The translations under genes were made by a program, and so were the position numbers. Shown here one piece after another: positions 42,776 through 56,923 of a DNA stretch of 64,000 nt. Where the stretch lies: positions 225,680,001 to 225,744,000 of the forward strand of contig OZ024743.1 of NCBI GenBank assembly GCA_964016885.1. Direction: 5' to 3'. The notes under the pieces are model-generated. The model did not search any database, was not told the DNA's origin, and saw only the letters and a list, made by a program, of their open reading frames with translations. Each line of letters opens with the position of its first letter. Position 1 is the stretch's first letter. Source of the DNA: Eledone cirrhosa (lineage: Eukaryota).

Positions 42776-42811
42776 TGGCGGACTGGATCTATATATATAT
42801 ATATATGTGCG

Positions 42812-42874
<63 letters not shown>

Positions 42875-43043
42875 GGTAAACAAAAATAACAAAACAAACA
42901 ATGGGCTTCTATAGAATTTCTGTCAAACCAAATTTCACTCAACTCATAAATATTCTCTTTTTCACTGATTTAGCAAGAAGTATAAATCTCTTCCCCCGGC
43001 TTTTTTTCTGAGATTTCCTGTATAGATCAACCGACTGTCCAAA

Positions 43044-44876
43044 ATGTTGGTATCAATGTTGGTATCAATGTTGGTATCAATGTTGGTATCAATGTTGGTA
43101 TCAATGTTGGTATCAATGTTGGTATCAATGTTGGTATCAATGTTGGTAATCAATGTTGGTATCAATGTTGGTATCAATGTTGGTATCAATGTTGGTATCA
43201 ATGTTGGTATCAATGTTGGTAATCAATGTTGGTATCAATGTTGGTATCAATGTTGGTATCAATGTTGGTAATCAATGTTGGTATCAATGTTGGTATCAAT
43301 GTTGGTATCAATGTTGGTATCAATGTTGGTAATCAATGTTGGTATCAATGTTGGTATCAATGTTGGTATCAATGTTGGTATCAATGTTGGTAATCAATGT
43401 TGGTATCAATGTTGGTATCAATGTTGGTATCAATGTTGGTATCAATGTTGGTAATCAATGTTGGTATCAATGTTGGTATCAATGTTGGTATCAATGTTGG
43501 TATCAATGTTGGTAATCAATGTTGGTATCAATGTTGGTAATCAATGTTGGTATCAATGTTGGTATCAATGTTGGTATCAATGTTGGTATCAATGTTGGTA
43601 TCAATGTTGGTATCAATGTTGGTATCAATGTTGGTAATCAATGTTGGTATCAATGTTGGTATCAATGTTGGTAATCAATGTTGGTATCAATGTTGGTATC
43701 AATGTTGGTATCAATGTTGGTATCAATGTTGGAATCAATGTTGGTATCAATGTTTGTAATCAATGTTGGTATCAATGTTGGTAATCAATGTTGGTATCAA
43801 TGTTGGTATCAATGTTGGTATCAATGTTGGTATCAATGTTGGTATCAATGTTGGTATCAATGTTGGTATCAATATTGGTATCAATGTTGGTATCAATGTT
43901 GGTATCAATGTTGGTAATCAATGTTGGTATCAATGTTGGTATCAATGTTGGTATCAATGTTGGTATCAATGTTGGTATCAATGTTGGTAATCAATGTTGG
44001 TATCAATGTTGGTATCAATGTTGGTATCAATGTTGGTATCAATGTTGGTAATCAATGTTGGTATCAATGTTGGTATCAATGTTGGTATCAATGTTGGTAT
44101 CAATGTTGGTAATCAATGTTGGTATCAATGTTGGTATCAATGTTGGTATCAATGTTGGTATCAATGTTGGTAATCAATGTTGGTATCAATGTTGGTATCA
44201 ATGTTGGTATCAATGTTGGTATCAATGTTGGTAATCAATGTTGGTATCAATGTTGGTATCAATGTTGGTATCAATGTTGGTATCAATGTTGGTAATCAAT
44301 GTTGGTATCAATGTTGGTATCAATGTTGGTATCAATGTTGGTAATCAATGTTGGTATCAATGTTGGTATCAATGTTGGTAATCAATGTTGGTATCAATGT
44401 TGGTATCAATGTTGGTATCAATGTTGGTATCAATGTTGGTATCAATGTTGGTATCAATGTTGGTATCAATGTTGGTATCAATGTTGGTAATCAATGTTGG
44501 TATCAATGTTGGTATCAATGTTGGTAATCAATGTTGGTATCAATGTTGGTATCAATGTTGGTATCAATGTTGGTATCAATGTTGGTATCAATGTTGTTAT
44601 CAATGTTGGTAATCAATGTTGGTATCAATGTTGGTATCAATGTAGGTATCAATGTTGGTATCAATGTTGGTAATCAATGTTGGTATCAATGTTGGTATCA
44701 ATGTTGGTATCAATGTTGGTATCAATGTTGGTATCAATGTTGGTATCAATGTTGGTATCAATGTTGGTAATCAATGTTGGTATCAATGTTGGTATCAATG
44801 TTGGTATCAATGTTGGTATCAATGTTGGTATCAATGTTGGTATCAATGTTGGTAATCAATGTTGGTATCAATGTTG
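43044..44876. repeat. 12-bp minisatellite (ATGTTGGTATCA)n with a 13-bp variant forming a frequent 61-bp higher-order unit
   Basis: Read directly; the GGTAATCA variant often recurs every 5 monomers. Confidence 0.97.
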
Positions 44877-45125
44877 AAACAAAGTCTATTATGTTATTTG
44901 ATATCACGAGGGTTCTCGAGAGGGAAAGAACATTTTAATTCTCAATGTGAATTTAGCTCAAAGTTCGGCAGTATATTGTTTTTATTCCTGCCCATTGTAT
45001 CACAGCGTGTAAGTCAGACAGAAGGCCTATCCGGTTTAATACTCCGTTTATTACTTTCTGAAGTTTAGTCATCTGAATTTTAAAATTTTATTGTTTGATG
45101 ACGTCTGTGAGGTAATTTATATAAA

Positions 45126-45618
45126 TAACGATTTCTACGATAGGCACAAGGCCAGCCATTTGAGGAGAGGGGAAAGTTGATTAAATCGACCCCAGTGCGT
45201 TATTGGTGCTTTATTCTATCGACCCTTTAAGGATGAAAGGCAAAGCTCAGAACGTCATTATATAAATAATGATTTCTACAATAGGCACAAGGCCAATAAT
45301 TTGGGGGGAGGGTAAAGTCGATTAAATCGACCCCAGTACGTTACTGGTGCTTTATTCTATCGACCCTTTAAGGATGAAAGGCAAAGCTATCCTCGGCGGG
45401 ATTCGAACTCAGAACGTCATTTATATAAATAATTGTTTCTACTTTAGGCACAAGACCAGCAATTAACCAGTACATTACTGGTACTTTATTTTATCGACCC
45501 CGTAAGGATGAAAGGCAAAGTAAACCTCGGCGGGATTTGAACTCAGACCGTAAAGGGACGTAACTATGCTGGAAAGCATGGCGTCCGACTCTCTACCGAT
45601 ACTGCCAATCCACCGCCC
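45126..45618 (-). mobile_element. Three tandem SINE family 1 copies, the last full-length
   Basis: Head GGCGGTGGATTGGCAGTATCGGTAGAG and B-box GAGTTCAAATCCC on the minus strand. Confidence 0.85.
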
Positions 45619-45639
45619 TAAATAATGAAGAGACATGAG

Positions 45640-45835
45640 TCGAACGCAGTGTCCTGTGGAACACCATTAACGACTTTTTCTGTGTTTAAGTGCTCTCTTC
45701 CGCTCAAAATATGCTTGGTTCTGTTCACCAGGAAACACTTAATCCATTCAAGTAGCTTTCCACGAACGCTATTGTTAGATAGATTTATATTTTTCCAGTT
45801 CTGGTATTCGACTCTGTCGAAGACCTTTCCGCGTC
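45640..45835 (-). pseudogene. CR1/L2-type reverse transcriptase remnant
   Basis: Manual translation KVFDRV...VRGKLLEWIKCFLVNR...VVNGVPQD. Confidence 0.65.
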
Positions 45836-46897
45836 AATGTATACGTTAATCGCATTGGGAGGGGGCTGATACACACAAAATTAGAATACACAGCAAACCC
45901 CCCAATTTTACACATCAATGTTAGTTTCGCGCAAGTAAATGGAATTGAAAACTTATACATACAGGTATTAAATTGAAAAATTCTAACCATCCTAAAATGA
46001 AAAAGCCCAGCTGAGGGTACAAATAAATTGCTACGGCTGTCGCTGGTGACCCCCTCCCTGCAGGGCACTCGTGGATGTCGGCTCCTTTGACTCTCATTAA
46101 ATCCGGTCCTGTGCAGCGGCGCAACAAGAGTATAGCAAGCATCGCACGTGACATGGGCGCCACTTCGTCAGAAAGTGAAAAACGAAACTACTTTAGATGT
46201 ATAAACTGTCTTTGATTATCACCGGTGCGAAGCACTACGGTTGCTGGAAAGATGGGTGTCAGATGTTTGGGCAGGATCACAATTTCCATGGGGGTTATCA
46301 ACCCTAACACCTCTGAGTGTATGTATGTGTTCGGACGTGGTGTATATGTATATATTTATTTACCGCACCATATGTTACATACACATACAGCAACATATTA
46401 TAGAATTTAGTCGAAAACAATTAGTTCCATTAAAACACGAAACTTAAAAAAAAAGTGACAAACAAAACGAAACTAGGTTAAATAACAAGTGTATTTGTTT
46501 TCATAAGGAATATCACATAAGGAATATCACATTTATCTCCCTTGAATACTATGGCTGTATCGAAATATGTGTGTGCTTGCACTGTGAGAAAAAACACATA
46601 TACGTTACTGTTACACGAATGTGGCAACCAAGGGAGTTAAATCTTTAACATTTAACGTAGTTAATTCCCTTTACAGAAAATATTTTGGTCATTACTTGTA
46701 AACTGTCACACAAGGCGGCGAATTGTCAGGGACGTTTGAACGCCGGATAGAATGCTTTGTGGTATTCTTTCTTGATCTCTGTCTCTGAGTTCAAGTCCCG
46801 CCGTAGTCAAGTTTTCAAAAATTGATAAAAATGTACTAGTTAAGTACTGCGGATAAATTTGTATCTTTCTCACTTCCTCCTTTTCCTCTTCAAACAC

Positions 46898-46931
<34 letters not shown>

Positions 46932-46932
46932 G

Positions 46933-46990
<58 letters not shown>

Positions 46991-47129
46991 TCATTTTCAT
47001 ACATTCACGCCTTCACAAATACACAATATTAGATACAGACAATCACAAAGACACATACACAAAGCTCCTCTCCCTCTCCCCTCTCTCTCACACACATATA
47101 CAACATCTCTACCTCTCCCTCACACCCAC

Positions 47130-47630
47130 TGTGTCTTTTCTCTCTCTCTCTCTCTCTCACACACACACTGCACCCCCTCTCTCTTTCACACACATTGCAC
47201 CTCTCTCTACATCCCCCCTCTCTCTCCCACACACTGCACCTCTCTCTCTCCCCTCTCTCTCTCTCACACACACTGCACTCCCCTCTCTGTTTCACACACA
47301 CTGCACCTCTCTCTCTACCCCCCTCTCACACACACTGCACTTCTCCCCCCCTCTCCCCCCTCTCTCTCTCCGACACACACACTGCACCTCTCTCTCTACC
47401 CCCTCTCTCTCTCTCACACACACTGCACCTCTCTCTATCCCCCTCTCTCTCTCTCACACACACTGCACTCCCCTCTCTCTTTCACACACACTGCACCTCT
47501 CTCTCTACCCCCCTCTCTCTCACACACACTGCACTTTCTCCCCCCCCCTCTCTCTCTCTCACACACACTGCACCTCTCTCCTCTCTCTCTCACACACACT
47601 GCACGTCTTTCTCTCCCCTTCACACACAGC
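47130..47630. repeat. Compound minisatellite CACACACTGCAC plus (CT)n
   Basis: Read directly from the sequence. Confidence 0.9.
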
Positions 47631-48973
47631 CAAAGTGCCTTTCTTCTGTTTCTCTGACACGCACTCATATACAGCGCCTCTCCCTCACACATACATTGTC
47701 CCACCCCTCGCTCTCTTCCACACACTGTACCCCTCTCTCTATGTATGTGTGTGTCACGTGTCATTACGAACCTAGGGAACATACATCAAAAGTCTCTAGT
47801 AGTGTCTCTTTCATTGCGTCTCCTCGTATAATGCATCGAATCATGCGCATGCGCAGTAGTGTCAAGTCTTGGACATGCGTATTAGTACCGGGTCTTGCCA
47901 ACGCGCACTCACCTCAGGTCTAGCTTCAGTTTTGGGGTATGCGCTATGTAGTCAGGTTTTGAGCATGCGCACTAGCATCGCAGCCTGCATGTGCGCATTC
48001 CCCTCGAGCCTAGTGCATGCCCAATAGAGTCGGGATTTGAACTTTCACACTAGCACAAGACTATATGCACCAGGAACTGCAACGAATCTTGAGCCTGCGC
48101 ACTCGCATCTTATCAACGTTTGGACGGAGATTTAAAACCTAAACACGAACCCCAACCATCCAGCTATCTAACTAAATATGATATCTAGATTTCCCAATCG
48201 CTCATCAACTAGCCATAATTCTACAGATAAGTTTTAATATATTCATGGCTAATTTCTTTATTATTCGTTAAATGTTTTCTTGAAGAAAATCATTTTTCTA
48301 CACAAAAGTCGTCCACTAATTCCACTTATTATCCTGACCCTGTTTCGCTCTTAAAGTCCAGCCACATACTTTCATTGCTATTTTCCGGTCGATGAACCAC
48401 ATACACATCTTGCCACATATTGACGAATGTTTTCGCTAATTGCCCCTTCGATGGCATATGGAAGACTTCTATGTTTTTTGTTTTACAGAAACCGGAGTAC
48501 AACAAGTTTTTTCTTGCCGTTTCCTCAAAGAATTCTCAAAGCAAAGAAACACTGTCATTTTTTACATATCTTTCTTTCGATCGACCAGCATTACCTCCAA
48601 TTTCTCGAGACAGTGAAGGAAACGTTTGATGAGTTGAGCAAATATATTTTAAATTAAGATGTGCACTGCACCAATACAGCAACTGCTGGAGGTGATTCAT
48701 GTTTATATTTCACTCAGACTTGTAATGCTACCTATGCTGTTTCTTATGTTATAAATTTATCGCTATACATATTTGTATTTTAAAAAACGTAAATATCTGA
48801 TCATATCATAACATTTTGCGCCTTCAATTATCATAAATATTACAAGAAGCTTTATAGAATCACAAGCAAAAATGTTACAAAAATGTTACAAAAATATAAT
48901 ATATAAATTTATATTTATATCTCTATCCAGCCATCTCTTTTCTAACTACCCACGCTTTATATATATATACATA

Positions 48974-49093
48974 TAGAAGTAGTATCACAGTTAGTTCACC
49001 ATGGTGAACTAACCGTTGTGATACTACTTCTACAAAACTCGTCCCATGGACTGAGTGCTCTACTACTACAGATATAACCCTCCAGTGTTCTAC

Positions 49094-49097
<4 letters not shown>
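48974..49097. mobile_element. Small fold-back insert in (TA)n with ~65-nt tail
   Basis: TAGAAGTAGTATCACA.GTTAGTTCACCATGGTGAACTAAC..TGTGATACTACTTCTA palindrome, then a unique tail. TA on both sides. Confidence 0.7.
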
Positions 49098-49185
<88 letters not shown>

Positions 49186-49399
49186 GTATATATATGAGAT
49201 GCACCAAATATACGGATGTCACCAAAGACAAATACAATATATACTTCAATGCGTATGCTTGAGTGAATGCCTGTGTGTGCATGCATTTATCTTCCTGCTA
49301 GTGCGCAATTACAATACCCGACACTCATGCGCAAGAACCCTCACCCCGACCTAGTTCCAGCAGCTTTTCACGGGTCATCATTGATGTCTGCGGCCGAGC

Positions 49400-50060
49400 A
49401 TTAACATGAAGAAATCAAACACCACGATGGTGTGGGTGCACCTGTGCGATTGTCGCCGCTAATCTGTCAAGTTGTTGGCAATAGCTTTCAGAGTTTCTGC
49501 TGGTGATCAGTGGGAGCAGTTTGGAGTGGATGACACCTTTCCAGACGGTCAGTAAGGCCTTGTGAGGTTGGATGCCACAATCGTTTGCGCTTGACATTAA
49601 TGTAGACACACCATTTTTTGATCACCAGTGATAATGAAACGTAACCAGTTGGTTGTGCGATGGTAGGAGAGCAGAAAGGTCGCAGCTGCCGCCCGATATT
49701 TATGATTATGGTCAGTTAGATTGTGGGGGAACTCATTGGTCCAGCTTGTACACCTTCCCTAAAGAATGCAAGTAATTGAGGGTGGTTGTTTACAATGCCC
49801 CAAGCAATTCGGAGATTTGACGTGATGTCTGGCGTGGGTCGGCTTTCACTAGTTCACGCAGTTGCTCATCATTGAAGTCAGATGGACGTTCTGCGCGAAG
49901 TCGATCATTAAGATTGCAATAACTGGAACGAAAGCGTGCGAACCAGTCCCTGGCACTGCGTTCAGACAAGGTGTGTGGCCCAAATGCATTGTTAATGTGA
50001 CGACTCAATGCTGCTGCGTTTAGGCCAGATTTGAAGTCATAGCACGAGTAGGTAATTAAA
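49400..50060 (-). pseudogene. Degenerate mariner transposase
   Basis: INNAFG..TLSERSARDWFARFRS..NLND..R..RPSDFNDEQLRELVKADPRQTSRQISELLG; FIITGDQK; KALLTVW.GVIH. Confidence 0.8.
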
Positions 50061-50749
50061 AGAAGAATGAAAATTCAAGTGATAGAGTAAATTTGAACTT
50101 AGTTTAAAGTGCAATGCCGACATTCATGTACCTTCTGCTGTGCAAGTACTAAGGTGTGGTTATCTGTGTGCAGTAGACTCAAGGCAGTTCCAATAAAAAA
50201 CTGAGTAAATGCTTTTCTTGTTTTGAATTGAGGTAGATTTCCAGTTACCAAGAATGTTTCAAAACTAGTATTATGTCGACAGTACTCAAATCCCGTGTTT
50301 TCGGGCCATTCGTATACGGTTTGCATCTTTCAAGAATTTTCCATATGACTCTATAATTGGAGTTAGTGTATTTTAATAACCAGATATCGATGGAAAGCTT
50401 AGTCACGTGTCGTCTTTCATGTTGATCACGTGGTTATAATAGTATGTCTTAAAATTTCCTTCTGTGAATTTTATATAGAGTATGATATTATTGAATTCGT
50501 TGCGATTAAATTGCTCAATTTCTGCTTGGTAAATAATGAAGTTAGCATTGCAGAGTCTGTTCTGTGGACAGGTATTAATGTTTCTGTAAAAGCAGGTGTA
50601 ATGGTAGGTGTGCAGGACAAAAGATGTTTCTCGTTGGTGGTGCAAGTAAAGTTTATTAAGTTGTACTACAATTCAAAATCTATATCTGTAACCAGCCAAT
50701 AACATTTATGTATATAAACGGAGATAGGGAGAGACATACATAAATACAT

Positions 50750-51065
50750 GAGGCACTCCATCGGTTACGACGATGAGTGTTCTAGTTGATCCGATCAACT
50801 GAACAGCATGCTCATGAAATTAACGTGCACGTGGCTGATCATTCCAGAGACACACATAACATAGTTGTCAGGGAGATTCAGTGTGACACAGAATGTGACA
50901 AGATTGGCCATTCGAACTATAGGTACAACTCATTTTTGCCAGCTGAGTTGACTGGAGCACCGTGAAATAAAATGTCTTGCTCAAGGACACAACGCGCCGC
51001 CAGGAATCGAACTCTCAACCTAACCATTGTAAGCCGAATACCCTAACACAAAGCCACATGCCTTC
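50750..51065 (-). mobile_element. tRNA-derived SINE (family 2)
   Basis: Minus strand GGCATGTGGC..., B-box GAGTTCGATTCC, GTGTCCTTGAGCAAGACA. Related fragments at ~11440-11570, ~27920-28150 and ~28770-28910. Confidence 0.7.
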
Positions 51066-51102
51066 ACAACATACATACATGCATACACACGTACGTACAT
51101 AC

Positions 51103-51509
51103 ATGATGGCTGCTCCCTCGTTATCGAGTATGGCCATCGCTCAACATAACATTATTAATAATTATTAATTAATTCTATCGTGCAATGCCTGTGTGTGAAG
51201 ATTTTTTTTCAAGTGAGGAATGACTGTGCACTGAGCCAATCTCACTCTCTGAGCGACAGTAGCTATAACCCCCCAAAAAGAAAAGGTCAACATCATCGGT
51301 AAATACTGAGACGCAGTTATCCCAGTTTATCTCGAGTTTATCCCAGTTTATCCCGAGTTATCCCAGTTTCTTGAGTTGCCTTCTCCGAGAAGAATGCCCT
51401 GACAAAGGTCAGGGGTCCTTCACTCCCAGTGGTTTAACCGCACGATCGGGTATCCAGCCCGATTATTTCTATGTCCCCACGCATATACATACACATGCAC
51501 CCATGAATA

Positions 51510-51572
<63 letters not shown>

Positions 51573-52420
51573 TATGTACACATGTATATACGTATTTACA
51601 CATTTTTGGATGGTCGTTGACTCTTATGAGTTCTTCCGCCCTTTGTCAGGTTTTGTTTTTTGTCCTGCAGGGTGTCCAAAATCACCCTCCTCACCAATTA
51701 AAATTGGTGGGTTGCCAGTTTAGTCGCCGACGACCCGACCATGCGACAAGTTGTACTGGGTTACATATTACCAGTAGCACTCAAGAGTGACCCGACAGAC
51801 ACACATATATATATACATGGTGGCTGCCAACTCGTTTTCGAGTACGGCCACTACTTTATATCCATGTAGGAAAACCCCTACCGTTGCGCTGAACGAGTGT
51901 GACTTTTTAGTCCAGCCAGCGACTTGAAAACTCTGGCACAAACACTACACCTGTGACAATTATTGACACATAGTGCCATGGTACCATGTGACGACAAGTG
52001 CAGAGAGATCTCCAGATATAAAGCAATGCCTGTGCCGTGAAGCTTTTATAGTGAGCAAAGGAACTGCACAAAGCCAGTCCCACTCTCTTAACCAAGATGA
52101 TATTTACCAAAAAGAAGAACAAGTCAACATCATTGGATACCATCAGAGTTGCAGGTGTTATATCAGAGTTTTCCTTCTCCTAGAATTCTGCCTTGACAAA
52201 GGCTAAGGGGTCATCTCTCCCGGTGATTTTGGATGGCCATTGACTCTTAAGAGCTCCTTTGCCCTTTGACAGGTTTTGTTTTTAGTCCTGCAGGATGTCC
52301 AAAGTCACCCTCCTCACCAAGAATCCTTGGTGGGGTTGCCAGTTTAGTCGCCAAAGACCCGACCATGGGACAGGTTGTACTGGGATACATGTCACCAGTA
52401 GCACCAACTGGTGACCTGAC
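51103..52420 (-). mobile_element. Two adjacent RTE-derived short elements (51103-51796 and 51817-52420)
   Basis: Homology to 8655-10357 and 7949-8537. Confidence 0.8.
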
Positions 52421-52580
52421 CATAATATATACATACATATATATATACATGCACAACTTAATATATATTTAAATTAACTACCAACACCAGTGCTAATAAT
52501 ATGCGAATTAGCATTTCCATTAGTAAGTATTAGGGTGTATACACCAACCTCGCAATAATGTGGTTGTTTGGTTGATGTAC

Positions 52581-52629
52581 ACACCTTCTGACGAAGATAT
52601 CAATTAGATGTGAAAGTCGATTAAAGTGT
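52581..52629 (+). ncRNA. Degenerate type I hammerhead ribozyme
   Basis: ACACCTT-CTGACGA-AG-ATATC-AATTA-GATGT-GAAA-GTCGAT-TA^-AAGTGT. Two extra nt precede stem II. Confidence 0.55.
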
Positions 52630-54139
52630 TTATCATTTTTTCAATTTAGAGGAAATGCCTATCTCTATGGTATGTCTATATGTCTATTTACTAAAAATGC
52701 GTTATTTACGCAGTCTCGGATACCTTTATTCTGTATATATACAGATAAAACATCGTTGTACCGTTTGGCTGTTTAGCGCACATCTTTACTCAAACACACA
52801 CAAATATACACACGCACACACACATACACACACATACACACACGTACACACACACACGGACACATACACACACATACAGACACGCGCGCACACACACACA
52901 CAGACACGTGCACACACGTATACTCACATGCGCACACACACATACACACACGGACACACACACACATACACACAGACATACAAGCGCACACACACACATA
53001 TACTCACACGCGCACACTCACATATACACACTCATAAACTCAGATATATGAAGGCCTATCCAACCAATAAATATATTGTGTACATACATACACACATGTA
53101 TACATACATACACACATATATACATACATACACATCTGTTTCTTGCAGTGTCCATAAATTAATGATAAATAATATGAATATAATATGAACCGTATATTAT
53201 TTCATCACCCCAAAACAGGACATACACTATCATATTTTTTTCATGCTCAACTGAGTTTGATGAGAACCGTTTTTATCACCGATCATAAATAATTTCGTTT
53301 GTTTAAGTTATTTTGTTTTCTTTCTGCAAACTTCATAATGCCACGAACAGCGAGCGAATCCTCTCCCTGCTCTACAAACAACACCCGCCTCCAAAAAGAA
53401 AGAAAAAATGTCAGCCCAATTCCGATATTAAATAAATAAATAAATAGGTGATGGTATGGCTGTCAGGTTTAGGGGGTTTCTTCGGAACCACTTGGTTCTG
53501 AGTTCAGTCCAGCTGCATACGTCACTTCGTTTGACTGTCTTCTACTGTAGCCTCACGTTAACTAATGCCTTATGAGTGGACTCTGGTAGAAGGAAACTGT
53601 TGCCGAAGCCAGTCTTGACGACGAGCCTAACATCATAATGATGCCTTTTAGCTAATAATGGTAATCGATATTATTTCCTGTCGGTTCGAAACATATCTGT
53701 ATACGCCTTAAGAATTGGTATTTACCATTTTCATGTAAGTTCATTTTTCGGCAGAGCTGTTCTACTAGAGAACGGATCGCAAGTGGCGGATAGCGATACG
53801 GTCACTAGATATAATGGATAGTTGCGGTATAAGCGGGCTCCTGCTGGACGAATAAGCAATCTCGGACCAACTGTGGTAAACTACTAGGTGATACCTTTAG
53901 CTCCCAAGAAAACTCTCGCAACCCAGCTATATAGATACTACGAGACGAATAAAGTCCGCCTCTTAAGAATTCTAGTCTTTGTGGTTTTGAGAAAAGTACC
54001 TGATTGGTGATTGATATGAATAAGACCACCAACATTGTAATATGGTTATAGGCTAGAGAAACGATCATATTGTATCGTCCTTTGAGCAGCTGTCAGAATG
54101 AGTAATGAATTTTATCCCATTGGAATGGAGGATTTACTT

Positions 54140-55117
54140 CAGGCTAAAAGATAGGTACATGTAGGTGGTGCAAGTTTATGCACCAAACAAAGAATCTGAA
54201 TACAGATTCTTCCTTGACGAAGTCACTGCAGTGTATCCTAATGGGAGACTTCAATGCACACGTTGGCACTGACCATCTGACATAGAAAAGAATGATTGGA
54301 AGAGACGGTGATCCCGATAAAAATGTAAATGGAGAGGCCTTATCAGACTTCTGTTCTAGCAATGGGCTATTATGAAAACCTTCTTCCAACACAAAGGCAT
54401 CCATAAATATACATTATGGTATTTCAATATTTATAGGCCAAAAATTATTTTATTAGAATCACCTCATGTCGTTCCCGATCTAAATATAAATAGAGAGGAC
54501 TTATTAGATCTGTTCTAGCAATGGGCTCTCTAATATGAATATCTTCTCGTATTTTTGCCCGCATAACTTTTAATGGATTCAGGGCACAATCAATATGAGG
54601 TTATTCCAACAAGAACATTTCCTCCTATAAATATGAAACACTACGAAACAATCGAAGTTTTCACCCGTATTTCACCAATAATTTTCTTTGAAAGATTTTC
54701 AAATATTTGCTTTGAAATTTTGTTGAAGATTTTAAAGGTTTTCTCAAAAATATTTCTTCAAAATTTTTGAAAAAATCTTCAAAGCTCACTTAAAAATGTT
54801 TCTCAAAATTTTTCAAAGATCTTCATCTCGTATTTTCGCCTGTGTGTCTTTTATGTGAAATATATTTAGGGCGCATTTGACATGAGGTGATTGTAATAAA
54901 ATAATTTTTTGCCTATAAATATTGAAATACCATAATGTATATTTATGGACGCCTTTGTGCTGGAAGAAGGTTTTCATAATAGCCCATTGCTAGAACAGAA
55001 GTCTGATAAGGTCTATCCATTTATATTTAGATCGGGATCACCGTTTCTTCCAATCATCCCTTTCCATGTCAGGTGGTCAGTGCTAATATGTGCATTGAAG
55101 TTTCACATTAGGATGCA
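54140..55117. repeat. Inverted duplication of a LINE AP-endonuclease remnant
   Basis: ~54233-54470 is the diverged reverse complement of ~54879-55117. Translation ILMGDFNAHVG...NVNGEALSDFCSSNGL..TFFQHKGIHKY (RTE-like APE). Confidence 0.75.
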
Positions 55118-55151
55118 CTTAGTGATTTCGTGTGATTTGGAAAGGTGGCAT

Positions 55152-55318
<167 letters not shown>

Positions 55319-55370
55319 AAATTAAAAATGCGAGGAAAGAATAGACAAATAATTACCTATTTTTTCTTAT

Positions 55371-55428
<58 letters not shown>

Positions 55429-55572
55429 TGAAAGAGAGAAATAGCTTCTACAGAACTAGAACTATTGATTTCCTGTTGAAGACATTTCTATATTAAATAT
55501 TTATACTCTGTTATGTATTGAGTACCTTACTTACTGTGGTTAACCCCGATTGAACCCGGGATACATACATAT

Positions 55573-56182
55573 ATGGTGGCTGCCAACTCGTTTTCGAGTA
55601 CGGCCACTACTTTATATCCATGTAGGAGAACCTCTACCGATGCGCTGAACGAGTGTGACTTTTTAGTCCAGCCAGCAACTTGAAAACTCTAGTACAATCA
55701 CTACACTTGTGACAATTATTGACACATAGTGCTGGGCCCATGGTACCATGTGACGACAAGTGCAGAATTATCTCCAGATATAAAGCAATGCCTGTGCCGT
55801 GGAGCTTTTATAGTGAGCAAAGGCACTGCACAAAGCCAGTCCCACTCTCTTAACCAAGATGATATTTACCAAAAAGAAGAACAAGTCAACATCATTGGAT
55901 ACCATCAGGGTTGCAAGTGTTATATCAGAGTTTTCCTTCTCCTAGAATTCTGCCTTGACAAAGGCTAAGGGGTAATCTCTCCCAGTGATTTTGGATGGCC
56001 ATTGACTCTTAAGAGCTCCTTTGCCCTTTGACAGGTTTTGTTTTTAGTCCTGCAGGATGTCCAAAGTCACCCTCCTCACCAAGAAAACTTGGTGGGGTTG
56101 CCAGTTTAGTCGCCAAAGACCCGACCATGGGACAGGTTGTACTGGGATACATGTTACCAGTAGCACCAACTGGTGACCTGAC
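55573..56182 (-). mobile_element. Non-autonomous RTE-derived short element
   Basis: Full-length copy with (CATA)n flanks. Confidence 0.8.
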
Positions 56183-56202
56183 ATACATATATACATACAT
56201 AT

Positions 56203-56333
<131 letters not shown>

Positions 56334-56382
56334 AATAAGATAACAAGGACGATTGGTTACTCCTTCATTACGTTTATTGGTT

Positions 56383-56467
56383 GGTGACGCGCGTTTCGCC
56401 ACTGACCAGCTCAAGGTTCGATCTGTATGGATCTGACCTGATTCTGTAATCAGCGGCTCGTCAGACC
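56383..56467 (-). ncRNA. Type I hammerhead ribozyme in a ~155-bp (TA)n insert (56330-56486)
   Basis: Minus strand: GGT-CTGACGA-GCCGCTGAT..GTCAGTGGC-GAAA-CGCGCG-TC^-ACC, then AATAAA. 9-bp stem II, palindromic stem III. Confidence 0.85.
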
Positions 56468-56536
56468 CCTTGTAATGTTAATAGAATATATATATAGATA
56501 TAAAGAAATCGAATAAAATTATATTATTATTTTAAA

Positions 56537-56740
56537 GGGCGGGGGATTGGCAATAAGGGCAGTATCGGTAGGGGGTCGGACGCCATGCTTTGCAGCATAG
56601 AGTTGCGGCCCTTTGCAGTCTGAGTTCAAATCCCGCCGAGGTTAACTTTGCCTTTCATCCTTACGGGGTCGATAAAATAAAGTACCAGTAATTCACTGGA
56701 TAATTGCTGGCCTTGTGCCAAAAGTAGAAACAATTATTAT
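56537..56740 (+). mobile_element. SINE family 1
   Basis: tRNA-like head, B-box GAGTTCAAATCCC, tail AGAAACA(ATT)n. Confidence 0.85.
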
Positions 56741-56836
56741 TTTAAATGTATGTTCCACCCCATAAAAAAAGCAACACTTAATAATAATTGTTTCTACTTT
56801 CGGACTATATATATGGGTGGGTGTATGCATACACAC

Positions 56837-56923
<87 letters not shown>

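Noticed and set aside
43044-44876. Telomeric repeat or repeat protein (MLVS/GINV/WYQC)
   Set aside because: Not TTAGGG-like, internal to the contig, and frames are broken by the 13-bp variants.
47820-48110. Clustered GCGCATGCGC motifs as a promoter
   Set aside because: Looks like a decayed ~26-bp tandem repeat, with no gene nearby.
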